Assembly (NCBI GenBank): GCA_048938295.1
Contig: JBHLMI010000012.1
Coordinates: 31,303 to 61,422, forward strand
Reading direction: 5' to 3'
DNA: 30,120 nt
Source: Promethearchaeota archaeon
GTDB lineage: Archaea; Asgardarchaeota; Hermodarchaeia; Hermodarchaeales; Hermodarchaeaceae
Shown here: positions 17,324 to 25,486 of the stretch, piece by piece
Layout: every line of letters starts with the position of its first letter
How positions within the stretch are numbered: the first letter of the stretch is position 1
Translations under genes and position numbers: made by a program
Notes under the pieces: model-generated
What the model was told of the DNA's origin: nothing
The model's database searches: none
What the model saw: only the letters and a program-made list of their open reading frames with translations

Positions 17324-17477
17324 ATGGCAGAATCGCCGAAGCGATTATTTGATGAAACTGATTATTCCCATTCTAGTGCAGGTATTTCTTCTGTCTTGAA
17401 AAGAGCCTAAAAAGGATGAGAATAACATCGCTAAACGACGAGTTGAAGAGTTCATAAAGGGTACGCGAGATCGTTGA
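17324..17477 (+). pseudogene. Frameshifted small ORF or remnant whose 3' end encodes a copy of the Ino1 C-terminal peptide
   Basis: 17427-17477 reads IAKRRVEEFIKGTRDR* versus Ino1 IAKRYVEEFIQGERER* (12/16 identical, stop aligned). ATG 17324 joins it only through a +1 shift in the A4 run at 17399-17402. Confidence 0.55.
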
Positions 17478-17509
17478 ATTCAGGTTTTTTCCTGACAACA
17501 AGAGCTGTT

Positions 17510-17707
17510 TTAGTCTGATGGTGTTTTCGGCATGGTGAGGGGAGAGCCTGAAATCCACAGCTCGCGTTTCAGGAGGTCGCGGATGGCTACTCGGATTGCT
17601 TCACTCCTCGTTGGATATGTACCTCTATCTACTAATGTGTCAAGTCCTCGTACGTAGGCTTTAGGGAGTTTGACCGATACTAAATGCAAGCGTATTACCC
17701 GGGACAT
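17510..17707 (-). CDS. Ribbon-helix-helix (CopG/Arc/MetJ) regulator, CdrS-like
   Basis: LVSVKLP beta strand, YVRGLDTLVDRGTYPTRSEAIRVAIRDLLKREL; a TATA element at leaderless spacing supports ATG 17707. Confidence 0.9.
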   Translation of the reverse strand: MSRVIRLHLVSVKLPKAYVRGLDTLVDRGTYPTRSEAIRVAIRDLLKRELWISGSPLTMPKTPSD

Positions 17708-17737
17708 ACCCAGACATATACCTGGACATTATAAAAA
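17696..17737 (-). promoter_or_regulatory. Leaderless promoter of the RHH gene with three ATGTCYNGGTA-like direct repeats (putative autoregulatory operator)
   Basis: The minus strand reads GTTTTTATA ATGTCCAGGTA T ATGTCTGGGT ATGTCCCGGGTA; the TATA lies about 21-30 nt upstream of the ATG; repeats are spaced 12 and 10 nt. Confidence 0.6.
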
Positions 17738-17771
17738 CACTTCCACCCAATGCAAACCAGCTTTCTCCTAC

Positions 17772-17807
17772 TCGGAGTTTTCGGAAAAGCCTTTTAAGAA
17801 ACTCCGA
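17772..17807 (+). promoter_or_regulatory. Palindrome enclosing the putative tes BRE/TATA
   Basis: TCGGAGTTT-N18-AAACTCCGA perfect 9-bp inverted repeat, with inner AAAAG-C-CTTTT and TTTTAAG; AGGAG Shine-Dalgarno at 17851-17855. Confidence 0.5.
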
Positions 17808-17867
17808 CACGAAACAATACAAACTCACCACCAGAGAGTGGTAACCACAAAGGAGCGATTATTCACA

Positions 17868-19385
17868 ATGGAAAAAATGACACCTAAAGAACTCCCCTAC
17901 ACAACCAAATCTGTATGCCCTGAATGCTTCTGTGTGCTTGAAGCCACCGTCTATGAAGAAGACGGAAAAGTCATGATCAAGAAAAAATGTGATGAGCACG
18001 GTGAATGCGTAGACACTTACTGGTCCAGTGTATCGGAGTTCAATCGAGCTTTTCAATACGCTTACAAAGGTATTGGCCTTGATAACCCTCGAACTGAAAC
18101 CGTTTATGGATGTCCAAACGACTGTGGGCTGTGCCCAAACCACAAAACCCATACAAACCTAGCACTAATCGATGTTACCAACCGATGTAACCTCGAGTGC
18201 CCGATTTGTTTTGCCCACGCTGGGAAGGCAGGTTATGTCTATGAGCCGACGCTAGATCAAATTCGAGGAATGCTTGAGAACTTACGTGCTAACAAACCAG
18301 TCCCTGCCCCTGCGGTCCAATTTGCAGGAGGCGAACCAACGATGCGGGCAGACCTTCCTGAAATCATCAAGTTGGCAAAGGAAACTGGTTTCTCCCACGT
18401 TGAGATTGCTACAAATGGGTTAATGCTTGCGCAAAAAGGATATGCCAAGAAACTAGCCGAAGCCGGGTTAAGCACAGTGTACATGCAGTTTGATGGGGTA
18501 ACAAAGGAGCCATATCTCGCCGCTCGTGGTGTGAACCTACTTTCTCAGAAACTAAAGGCCCTTGAAAATTGCCGTGAAGAAGGCTTACACAGCATTGTTC
18601 TTGTTCCCACCCTTGTACGAGGTGTTAACGACCACCAGGTCGGCGACATCATCCGTTTCGCAGTCAAAAACCATGACATCGTCCGTTGTATCAACTTTCA
18701 ACCAGTAGCGATTACAGGACGAATTGATACCGAAAAGCGCCAAGAGATGCGAATAACAATTCCAGATTTGAACTGTCTCGCCGAAGAACAAACCGATGGC
18801 ATAATGAAACAGAGCGACTGGTATCCTGTTCCTTTTGTAATGCCCGTTTCACGAGCGCTTGGTCTTCTCTCAGGAACACCAATGGTGGAATTCTCTGAGC
18901 ACCCAGCTTGCGGGATGGCTACTTTCATTGTCATCGAAGACGACGGGAGCTGGGCTCCGATAACCAAGTACGTTGAGGTCGAAAAATTCCTCGGTACACT
19001 TGAAAAAATGGCAAAGGACTTCGAAAAAGGAAGAACCACGCGTGGCAAGATGCGTGGAGTGTTAGGGGCGATGCGATTCTTCAAGAAACGCGGGATGCTC
19101 ATGAGCCTTGCCAATAACCTTCTCCTCAAGAAAGACTATGATGCACTTGCAGAGTTCATGAAACGTATCATCATGGTGGGTTCTATGCACTTCATGGATC
19201 CCTACAACTTCGACCTTGAGCGTGTTGAACGGTGTGGAATTCATTACGCGATTCCTGATGGTCGAATTATTCCCTTCTGCTCTATGAACTCCTTCCATCG
19301 AGAAAAAGTTGAGAAGCAGTTTGCCATACCCGTAGAGGAATGGCAGGCAGCTCACCCGGGTAAGAAGATGAACGCACCTGCATAA
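17868..19385 (+). CDS. tes: Tetraether lipid synthase Tes (radical SAM, GDGT macrocycle formation)
   Basis: N-terminal CPEC...CDEH metal site, CPNDCGLCPNH, radical SAM CNLECPIC, GGEPT, LVPTL, NFQPV and C-terminal EHPACG / ERCGIHY..PDGRIIPFCSMN. ATG 17868 follows AGGAG; the ORF track start 17670 is too far upstream. Confidence 0.88.
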   Translation: MEKMTPKELPYTTKSVCPECFCVLEATVYEEDGKVMIKKKCDEHGECVDTYWSSVSEFNRAFQYAYKGIGLDNPRTETVYGCPNDCGLCPNHKTHTNLALIDVTNRCNLECPICFAHAGKAGYVYEPTLDQIRGMLENLRANKPVPAPAVQFAGGEPTMRADLPEIIKLAKETGFSHVEIATNGLMLAQKGYAKKLAEAGLSTVYMQFDGVTKEPYLAARGVNLLSQKLKALENCREEGLHSIVLVPTLVRGVNDHQVGDIIRFAVKNHDIVRCINFQPVAITGRIDTEKRQEMRITIPDLNCLAEEQTDGIMKQSDWYPVPFVMPVSRALGLLSGTPMVEFSEHPACGMATFIVIEDDGSWAPITKYVEVEKFLGTLEKMAKDFEKGRTTRGKMRGVLGAMRFFKKRGMLMSLANNLLLKKDYDALAEFMKRIIMVGSMHFMDPYNFDLERVERCGIHYAIPDGRIIPFCSMNSFHREKVEKQFAIPVEEWQAAHPGKKMNAPA

Positions 19386-19448
19386 CCGTTCACTTCCACC
19401 CTTTCCCTTTATTTTTCAGTTTATACCTAATATCCCTGGCGCTGGATA

Positions 19449-20033
19449 TTGACGTCAGACAAGACCTTATTAAAATCTGCTATCCGTTTTCTAGGAGTGG
19501 CAGAAAGTGGGATAATGGGAGCACATCAAACGACTCTTGGTGGAGTCGTAATGCGAGGAGATTTGATTATAGATGGGATGGTTTGGGACCGAGCCACTAT
19601 ACTTGGGTCAGATGCTACTCAATCAATTATACGAATGCTTGTCCGACTGAACCGTACAGATTTAGGTGGTATTATGTTACACGGCACCGTTATTGCGGGC
19701 TATAATATCATCGAGCTGGATTTACTACACCAGGACACATCATTACCCATAATAAGTGTAACAAAACAACCTCAAGAGGATTTACAGAAGCACCTGAAGG
19801 CGACGTTTCCTTCAGATTGGAACCAACGGTGGCAGATTGCCCAACGAAATGGAGAACTCAGGTCCTTAGTACTTGATTCCCAATCTCATATGTTTGTTCA
19901 GTCGAAAGGGTGCAGATGGGATGTAGTGAAGGGAGTTATTAAACGATTTACGAGGTTCGGGGGGTTGCCCGAACCCATTCGTGTTGCACGGCTATTTGCT
20001 CGTGCGATTGGTGAAATTGAAAGGCAACCGTAA
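19449..20033 (+). CDS. DUF99 family protein (endonuclease V-like fold)
   Basis: RFLGVAES, GGVVMRGDLIIDG, GSDATQSII, GTVIAGYNII, LPIISVT, PEPIRVARL. Confidence 0.85.
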   Translation: MTSDKTLLKSAIRFLGVAESGIMGAHQTTLGGVVMRGDLIIDGMVWDRATILGSDATQSIIRMLVRLNRTDLGGIMLHGTVIAGYNIIELDLLHQDTSLPIISVTKQPQEDLQKHLKATFPSDWNQRWQIAQRNGELRSLVLDSQSHMFVQSKGCRWDVVKGVIKRFTRFGGLPEPIRVARLFARAIGEIERQP

Positions 20034-20041
20034 ATGAATGT

Positions 20042-21139
20042 TTAAAGCTCCAGTTGATTTTTGCCAAGAAGTAGTTCGACAATTTCGAGGTATCCTTCCG
20101 CGGGAAGAAGGGTGAAATAGGATTGGGTGTTGTATCGAGAGTTTAGCAGCAAATCCTGGAAGAGTATCATGTTTAAGGCTCGTGTGAATTGGTTGGGGGA
20201 GACCAGAAAACCCATCCCTTCGCCAACTTGCTTAAATTGGGTGAATAAACTGGTTTGACTGACATAGATGTGTCCGGGGTGGTTGACGAAGTATTGCCCG
20301 ATGGCTTGTAGCAGAAGAACGGTGGTTGCATCGAGATCGGTGAGGTTGGATAGATGTCCACTCCAAAAGTCATAATGGAGTGTCCGGGAATTGAGACAGG
20401 ATTGACGAATCTGGTCCGCACAAATGTGGTAGTTTGTTGAGATGAGGGGATGGAGGTTCTGGAGGAGTTCAACGATTGTCGCGGGCCGTTGGAAGTCAAG
20501 GATGCAAATAAGATCTGCTATAAACTCGGTAATATGAGATGGAAGGAGGTAAGGAAAAACCTCTGTGACCCGTTGCTTGACGATGTCCAAGAATTGATGA
20601 TCAGTAAATGGTTCGAGCTCGATAGCCACGTCAAGATACTGTGAAGCGGCAGAGTCTAGCTGGCGGGGGTAATACCGAGGAGCGGTTGCCATTGAGCAGA
20701 TGTTGTTTTCTTTGCACATGTTCAAGAATTTTTTATAAACTTCGCTGGTTTGCGTGTCGACGTCATCTAATACGAAGATGAGTGGCACCTCAGATTTTCG
20801 TATGAGTTGCTTGAGCAGCGACCATTGTTCAGGAAGAGGGCAAGCAGGCGTTTGAAAAGGATTCAAAGTATGAATGGTGTCTGAAACGATTTCGGTTGAT
20901 TGTTTTCCCTGAAAGCGAATGAGTGGAAGATGAAATTCACCCAATTCGTGGTGTCCGAAAAATCGAAGAAGCGTGGTTCTTCCAATTCCGAAGCTGCCAT
21001 GAACTAAGATGTTCATTGGTTGGTTGGAGACATTATCAGCGGTAATGAGGTTTGCGAGGGCCGCAAGCTCTTGATCACGATGCAAAAGCTTCGGAGGAAG
21101 GTAGTTTGTGTTGTAAAGTGCATCGACTGATGAACCCAT
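20042..21139 (-). CDS. Divergent Cdc6/Orc1-like AAA+ protein with winged-helix C-terminus, degenerate ATPase motifs
   Basis: YNTNYLPPKLLHRDQEL N-terminal motif, Walker A HGSFGIGRT, Walker B FVLDDVD, LEPFTDHQFLDIVKQRV and a wHTH-like tail. Start at ATG 21139 or TTG 21148. Confidence 0.8.
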   Translation of the reverse strand: MGSSVDALYNTNYLPPKLLHRDQELAALANLITADNVSNQPMNILVHGSFGIGRTTLLRFFGHHELGEFHLPLIRFQGKQSTEIVSDTIHTLNPFQTPACPLPEQWSLLKQLIRKSEVPLIFVLDDVDTQTSEVYKKFLNMCKENNICSMATAPRYYPRQLDSAASQYLDVAIELEPFTDHQFLDIVKQRVTEVFPYLLPSHITEFIADLICILDFQRPATIVELLQNLHPLISTNYHICADQIRQSCLNSRTLHYDFWSGHLSNLTDLDATTVLLLQAIGQYFVNHPGHIYVSQTSLFTQFKQVGEGMGFLVSPNQFTRALNMILFQDLLLNSRYNTQSYFTLLPAEGYLEIVELLLGKNQLEL

Positions 21140-21350
21140 GGCAACCAATTGCGATTTCCGTAGAACCTATTTAAACTACAATACGGTCCAGCAAATATTC
21201 AGCGGGTGGAGGTAACTGAAAGTATTTTTTTGTACTTCTCATTTTCGGTGCCCGCAACAGCACAGAAATCCCAAAAGTGGCTAGAGCAACCTTATAATAC
21301 TGAAACTACGAAGAGAAGAACGTAGTCAGATATCGAGGATGTAATTAACG

Positions 21351-22046
21351 ATGGCCGAGACTCCCTTTAAAGACCTACAAGACCTCATGCGACGAATCGA
21401 GCAATCCACTGGGCTTGAAGCCCTGGCAGTGGTGACGCGTGAAGGAATTCGTCTTGCCTGTGCAGTAAGCGGTGATGTCGACTCCGATATCTTCTCCGCA
21501 GCTACAGCCACACTGGTAAATGTTGGTGAAGAAACTCTTCGACAGCTGAGCCAAGGCACTCTTTCTGAGGTGATTCTTAGAGGAAACAAAGGCTTCACAA
21601 TAATTATGCGGGGAACACCTGAAACGCTTCTGGTAGGAGCGAGTCGGGATCAGATTCGTCTTGGCTATTACATCGGCCTCATGAAAATTTATGCGACCAA
21701 GGTCACCAAAATCATGGAATCTCATCCACTCGAACCTGAGCAACTTCTTGGATTCCGAAAGATGCCTGCTGATAAGGCTATTGCAGAAACCATCATTGAA
21801 CCCGAAGTACCAACAGAACCAATATTCCCGGAGCCTGAACCTAGCGTAGAACCGGAAGACGCCATTACTCCAGGCATGGAGACTCAGCCAACACCTGCAG
21901 AGCCAAGGATTACGCCCGTGGAACAACCAGGACTTGAAACTGTTAGCATGTCAGAGGCGAGTAGCGATGTGGATGACGTTTCTGTGGATGATAAAGAGGC
22001 CATCCTTGCGGCGCTGAAAGCATTAGGGTTTGACGAGCCAGAGTAA
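21351..22046 (+). CDS. Roadblock/LC7 domain protein with long acidic Pro/Glu-rich tail
   Basis: GLEALAVVTREGIRLA, DIFSAATATLVNVG, GTLSEVILRGNKGFTII, RLGYYIG; about 100-aa disordered tail ending DDKEAILAALKALGFDEPE. Confidence 0.88.
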   Translation: MAETPFKDLQDLMRRIEQSTGLEALAVVTREGIRLACAVSGDVDSDIFSAATATLVNVGEETLRQLSQGTLSEVILRGNKGFTIIMRGTPETLLVGASRDQIRLGYYIGLMKIYATKVTKIMESHPLEPEQLLGFRKMPADKAIAETIIEPEVPTEPIFPEPEPSVEPEDAITPGMETQPTPAEPRITPVEQPGLETVSMSEASSDVDDVSVDDKEAILAALKALGFDEPE

Positions 22047-22129
22047 CTCCTACAACTCTTCCTCGAATCAATTATTTGGAAAGCCAATAATGTTAGAAGA
22101 CCTGAGACCACATATCGTGAGAGAGCGAT

Positions 22130-22822
22130 TCACACAAATAACCCTAGCAACGCCAGAGTCACAAAAATACAAAGCAGCATCACAGCTCCGAAGGCAACAA
22201 AGGCTTCCAAAAAATTCCCCAATCCCCAGGAAAACTCAGGAGTTGTGATGTGCTCGCCAAATACTTCCTGTAACATCTTTTCGAACCAAGTATCTTTGTA
22301 GACCACTTCGGATGTTTCTTCTAAAGAAAGCATAATACCAAATAGGTCGGGAATGATCTCTGCCGGATTGCGTGCGTATTCATATGCTAGCTCGTATTCC
22401 TTCCGGCTATCAACCCGGTAAATGCGAAGGTCTAGGTCATTCATATCAAGGGTTTGAGCGAACTTCATAGGATCCATGACAAGGGCAACCGCCTCGGGGA
22501 AAAATGCCTGATACCGTAGTTGTGTGGAGACATCAGTACCCGACATAAAAACGCCAAGACCTGGGTGTGTATGGTGCCACCCAACAATCACTTCACCGAC
22601 CCCACGTTCAGCTAACTCCTCGGCTAAAATCGCCATATCAGCATCATTGATACTAACATGTGTCCTTGTTCCTCTTTGCCGCGGAAATGTTGCGCGGGTT
22701 ATAATGATCTTATTCCGTTCGATTTTTCCAATGAGAAATCCACCGATTTCCGTCCGACCGGCACGAGCAGCCTTACTTAGCATCAGTGATAGGATGCCGG
22801 GGAATATCTCGATTCTTCGCAC
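22130..22822 (-). CDS. JAB1/MPN/Mov34 (JAMM) metalloprotease, Rpn11/CSN5-like, with C-terminal transmembrane helix
   Basis: EIGGFLIG, intact JAMM motif VGWHHTHPGLGVFMSGTD, TQLRYQ, AVALVMDP; hydrophobic C-terminus FVAFGAVMLLCIFVTLALLGLFV. Confidence 0.88.
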   Translation of the reverse strand: MRRIEIFPGILSLMLSKAARAGRTEIGGFLIGKIERNKIIITRATFPRQRGTRTHVSINDADMAILAEELAERGVGEVIVGWHHTHPGLGVFMSGTDVSTQLRYQAFFPEAVALVMDPMKFAQTLDMNDLDLRIYRVDSRKEYELAYEYARNPAEIIPDLFGIMLSLEETSEVVYKDTWFEKMLQEVFGEHITTPEFSWGLGNFLEAFVAFGAVMLLCIFVTLALLGLFV

Positions 22823-22913
22823 TCTCTAAACCCTAACAACCTAAGAGTAAGACAAGACTAAAAAGCCTTACTTGTGGTTCCTCAGCTAAAACAGATTCGA
22901 ACCGTGTTCTCCA

Positions 22914-25478
22914 ATGCGACCACTGAAGCCTCCTTTTAGTCTGGCGTTATTTCCTGAGCAGAAACGAGAACTTGCAGCATTTGTCACTATTTTTCGCCCC
23001 AAGCGATCAAATGTGCCAATTCTTCGAGCTCGTGTTCAGTTTGAGATGAGAAAAGGACGACTACGACCAGAGAAATTATGGCTAGTTCGAAAGGGAGGAA
23101 TTAGTCCAGTCAACCCACAAACCTTTGTGATCTGGGCCAGGGAAGCCGAGTATATTGCGATCCCTCGACAACCACATTTTCTATTTCTAACGGAACTAAA
23201 GGGAATGCTAAGAGATTTTGGTGTAAAGGAACCCATGATTGTACGGGCTTGCAGCTCATGCATCACTGAAGGCAAGCTAACGATGCTACGCAAGCAACAG
23301 GTCTACCAACTTGTGGGACAGCCAGTCTGTTACAAATGCGCATCGCAAGAGTTGATGAATCGTCTACAATCGATAGACGTTGAGATTTCCAAGCAGGCGT
23401 ATGGCAGTTTAGAAACAATGTTACAACGCCTAAAATCAGTAGAAAAGGTTGTTTCGTTTCTTTCCTCTCAATTTCGCCCAAGTCGTAATCCTGCTATGAC
23501 CCTGTATGATCAGATTCAAGCAGTAAAAGAGCCTGAGAAAAAGGTTCCAGTGGCTACGCTTCCCATTCCAAAGGAGCTTATTGAGGTCTTAGAAAGGTCT
23601 GGGATAGAATATCTGCTTCCGATTCAAGCTAAAGCAGTGAGTGCAGGATTATTAGAGGGGAAATCGATTCTAGCTGTCTCAGATACAACGAGTGGAAAAT
23701 CACTTGTCGGTGAACTAGCGGGATTAAGAGCGGCAATGCAAGGAAAGGTCTACATCTACTTGTCTCCCTTAGTAGCTTTAGCCAACCAGAAATACCATGA
23801 ATATTGTGAAAAATTTGGACCACTCGGACTGCGTGTAGCCATTCGCGTGGGCATGAGTGGTATTGATGTTGGAGATGAAGCCTTAGTAATTGTTGACGAT
23901 GAAGTCGAGGAGGCAAACATCATCGTTGCAAGTTATGAGGGATTTGACTACCTACTTCGTTCCGGTAAAGCTAGTAAATTCGGGGATGTTAACGTCGTTG
24001 TAATCGACGAAATCCAGATGGTCGCTGATGAGGACCGAGGACCAGAGTTGGATGGGTTAATCACGCGGCTACAAAGTCTTTTTCCCCAAGCTCAATTGGT
24101 GGCACTCTCTGCAACCGTGGGAAATCCCGAAGAATTAGCTCAGGAGCTGAATTTGGTCCCGGTGATTCTTCGGGGTCGGCCTGTGCCCTTGCAGCGCCAC
24201 CTTATTATGGTACTCACAGAACCAGATAAACTCAGAATCATTGCGGACCTTACAAGGTCTGAATTCAAGCAGAAGAGCTCCTATGGTTTTCAAGGCCAAA
24301 CAATTGTGTTTACTAATTCTCGGCGAAGCACACACTCGATTGCTTCCGAATTGCAGAAACAACGGATTTCCGCCCGGGCATACCATGCAGGCATGACATA
24401 CCCTCAACGTCACAAAATAGAGGAAGCGTTCGCGTCAGGTAAAATCGCAGTGGTCGTTACCACTGCGGCGTTGGCTGCAGGTGTTGATTTCCCAGCAAGT
24501 ATGGTTATTTTTCAAAGTCTTATGATGGGAACCAAGACCTTGACTGTTGGCGAGTTCACACAAATGCTTGGCCGTGCTGGTCGACTTGGAAAACATGATG
24601 TTGGAAAAGCAGTATTATTGGCTGAAATTGGACGAAGATACTTCGGAGACGAACGAAAGAGCGAAGAAGATGTAGCTCTGGATTTGTTAAATAATCCGAT
24701 AGAAAATGTGCATCCTGAAGCAACCTACGAACAGTCTGTAGACCAACTCCTTGCTACTTTATCTAGTTACGATTCAATATCCCGGAAACATCTCGAAAAC
24801 GCTTATCAGCGACTTCTTTCACGTACAGCGACATTTTCAGAGGCATTACGGTTTTTAAGGCAACATAAGCTTACCACCCAAGTCGGACAAGATGTTATTC
24901 CCACTGAGTTAGGTCGTGCTGCGGCGATTTCATATTTTTCAGCCTCGAATGTTGCAGCAATTCAAGAACATCATCACAACACAGCTGATGACCTTTCGGT
25001 TAAACTCGAGCCTTTAAGAAATGTGTACCTGTCTCCAAGATTGCAAGGTGAAATTGAACGCGCCTTCCGCACCAGATTCGCTACACGATTATTTGCAGGC
25101 GCAGTATTGGATCTAATGAGTGCTAAACGTAGTCGCCGATTGAAGCGGCTGCCCAATTGGGTACTACGAATGTTTAGTAAATGGACTGTGGACTTCTTTA
25201 ACTGTCACTGCGATGAGAGTCCTTTCTGTGATTGTGGGATCTGGAATGTATCTAAGGCTGTTTTATCCCTGCGTTACCGAGGACTTACGCCCTCCCAAAT
25301 TAATTCAACTTTCCTTGAAGAGTATGAACTCTTTATCTATCCAGGAGATATCTTTGGTTTTCTTGACAACCAAGTGCACATCCTCCAAGGGATTAACCGT
25401 GTAGCTGAAGTCATCGGACGGTATGCATTGGCAGAAAATGCCGCAGAGACAATTGACGCAATTGAAAATCCAGTCTGA
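22914..25478 (+). CDS. Archaeal Ski2-like DExH helicase (ASH-Ski2-type architecture)
   Basis: N-terminal CSSC..CYKC, Q motif LLPIQ, SDTTSGKS, YLSPLVALANQK, DEIQ, LSAT, TNSRR, YHAG, TTAALAAGVDFPA, QMLGRAGR and C-terminal FFNCHCDESPFCDCG. Confidence 0.88.
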   Translation: MRPLKPPFSLALFPEQKRELAAFVTIFRPKRSNVPILRARVQFEMRKGRLRPEKLWLVRKGGISPVNPQTFVIWAREAEYIAIPRQPHFLFLTELKGMLRDFGVKEPMIVRACSSCITEGKLTMLRKQQVYQLVGQPVCYKCASQELMNRLQSIDVEISKQAYGSLETMLQRLKSVEKVVSFLSSQFRPSRNPAMTLYDQIQAVKEPEKKVPVATLPIPKELIEVLERSGIEYLLPIQAKAVSAGLLEGKSILAVSDTTSGKSLVGELAGLRAAMQGKVYIYLSPLVALANQKYHEYCEKFGPLGLRVAIRVGMSGIDVGDEALVIVDDEVEEANIIVASYEGFDYLLRSGKASKFGDVNVVVIDEIQMVADEDRGPELDGLITRLQSLFPQAQLVALSATVGNPEELAQELNLVPVILRGRPVPLQRHLIMVLTEPDKLRIIADLTRSEFKQKSSYGFQGQTIVFTNSRRSTHSIASELQKQRISARAYHAGMTYPQRHKIEEAFASGKIAVVVTTAALAAGVDFPASMVIFQSLMMGTKTLTVGEFTQMLGRAGRLGKHDVGKAVLLAEIGRRYFGDERKSEEDVALDLLNNPIENVHPEATYEQSVDQLLATLSSYDSISRKHLENAYQRLLSRTATFSEALRFLRQHKLTTQVGQDVIPTELGRAAAISYFSASNVAAIQEHHHNTADDLSVKLEPLRNVYLSPRLQGEIERAFRTRFATRLFAGAVLDLMSAKRSRRLKRLPNWVLRMFSKWTVDFFNCHCDESPFCDCGIWNVSKAVLSLRYRGLTPSQINSTFLEEYELFIYPGDIFGFLDNQVHILQGINRVAEVIGRYALAENAAETIDAIENPV

Positions 25479-25486
25479 AAAAGCCC

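Noticed and set aside
17670-17867. 66-aa N-terminal extension of Tes in the ORF track
   Set aside because: It overlaps the RHH gene and promoter elements; homology and the Shine-Dalgarno point to ATG 17868.
21149-21350. Replication origin next to the cdc6-like gene
   Set aside because: No repeated ORB-like TCCAGTGGAAA/G-string elements, the spacer is only about 200 nt, and the protein is degenerate.
20042-25478. cdc6-like, roadblock, JAMM and helicase as one eukaryote-like system
   Set aside because: Strands alternate (-,+,-,+) with no operon structure; reported as separate findings.
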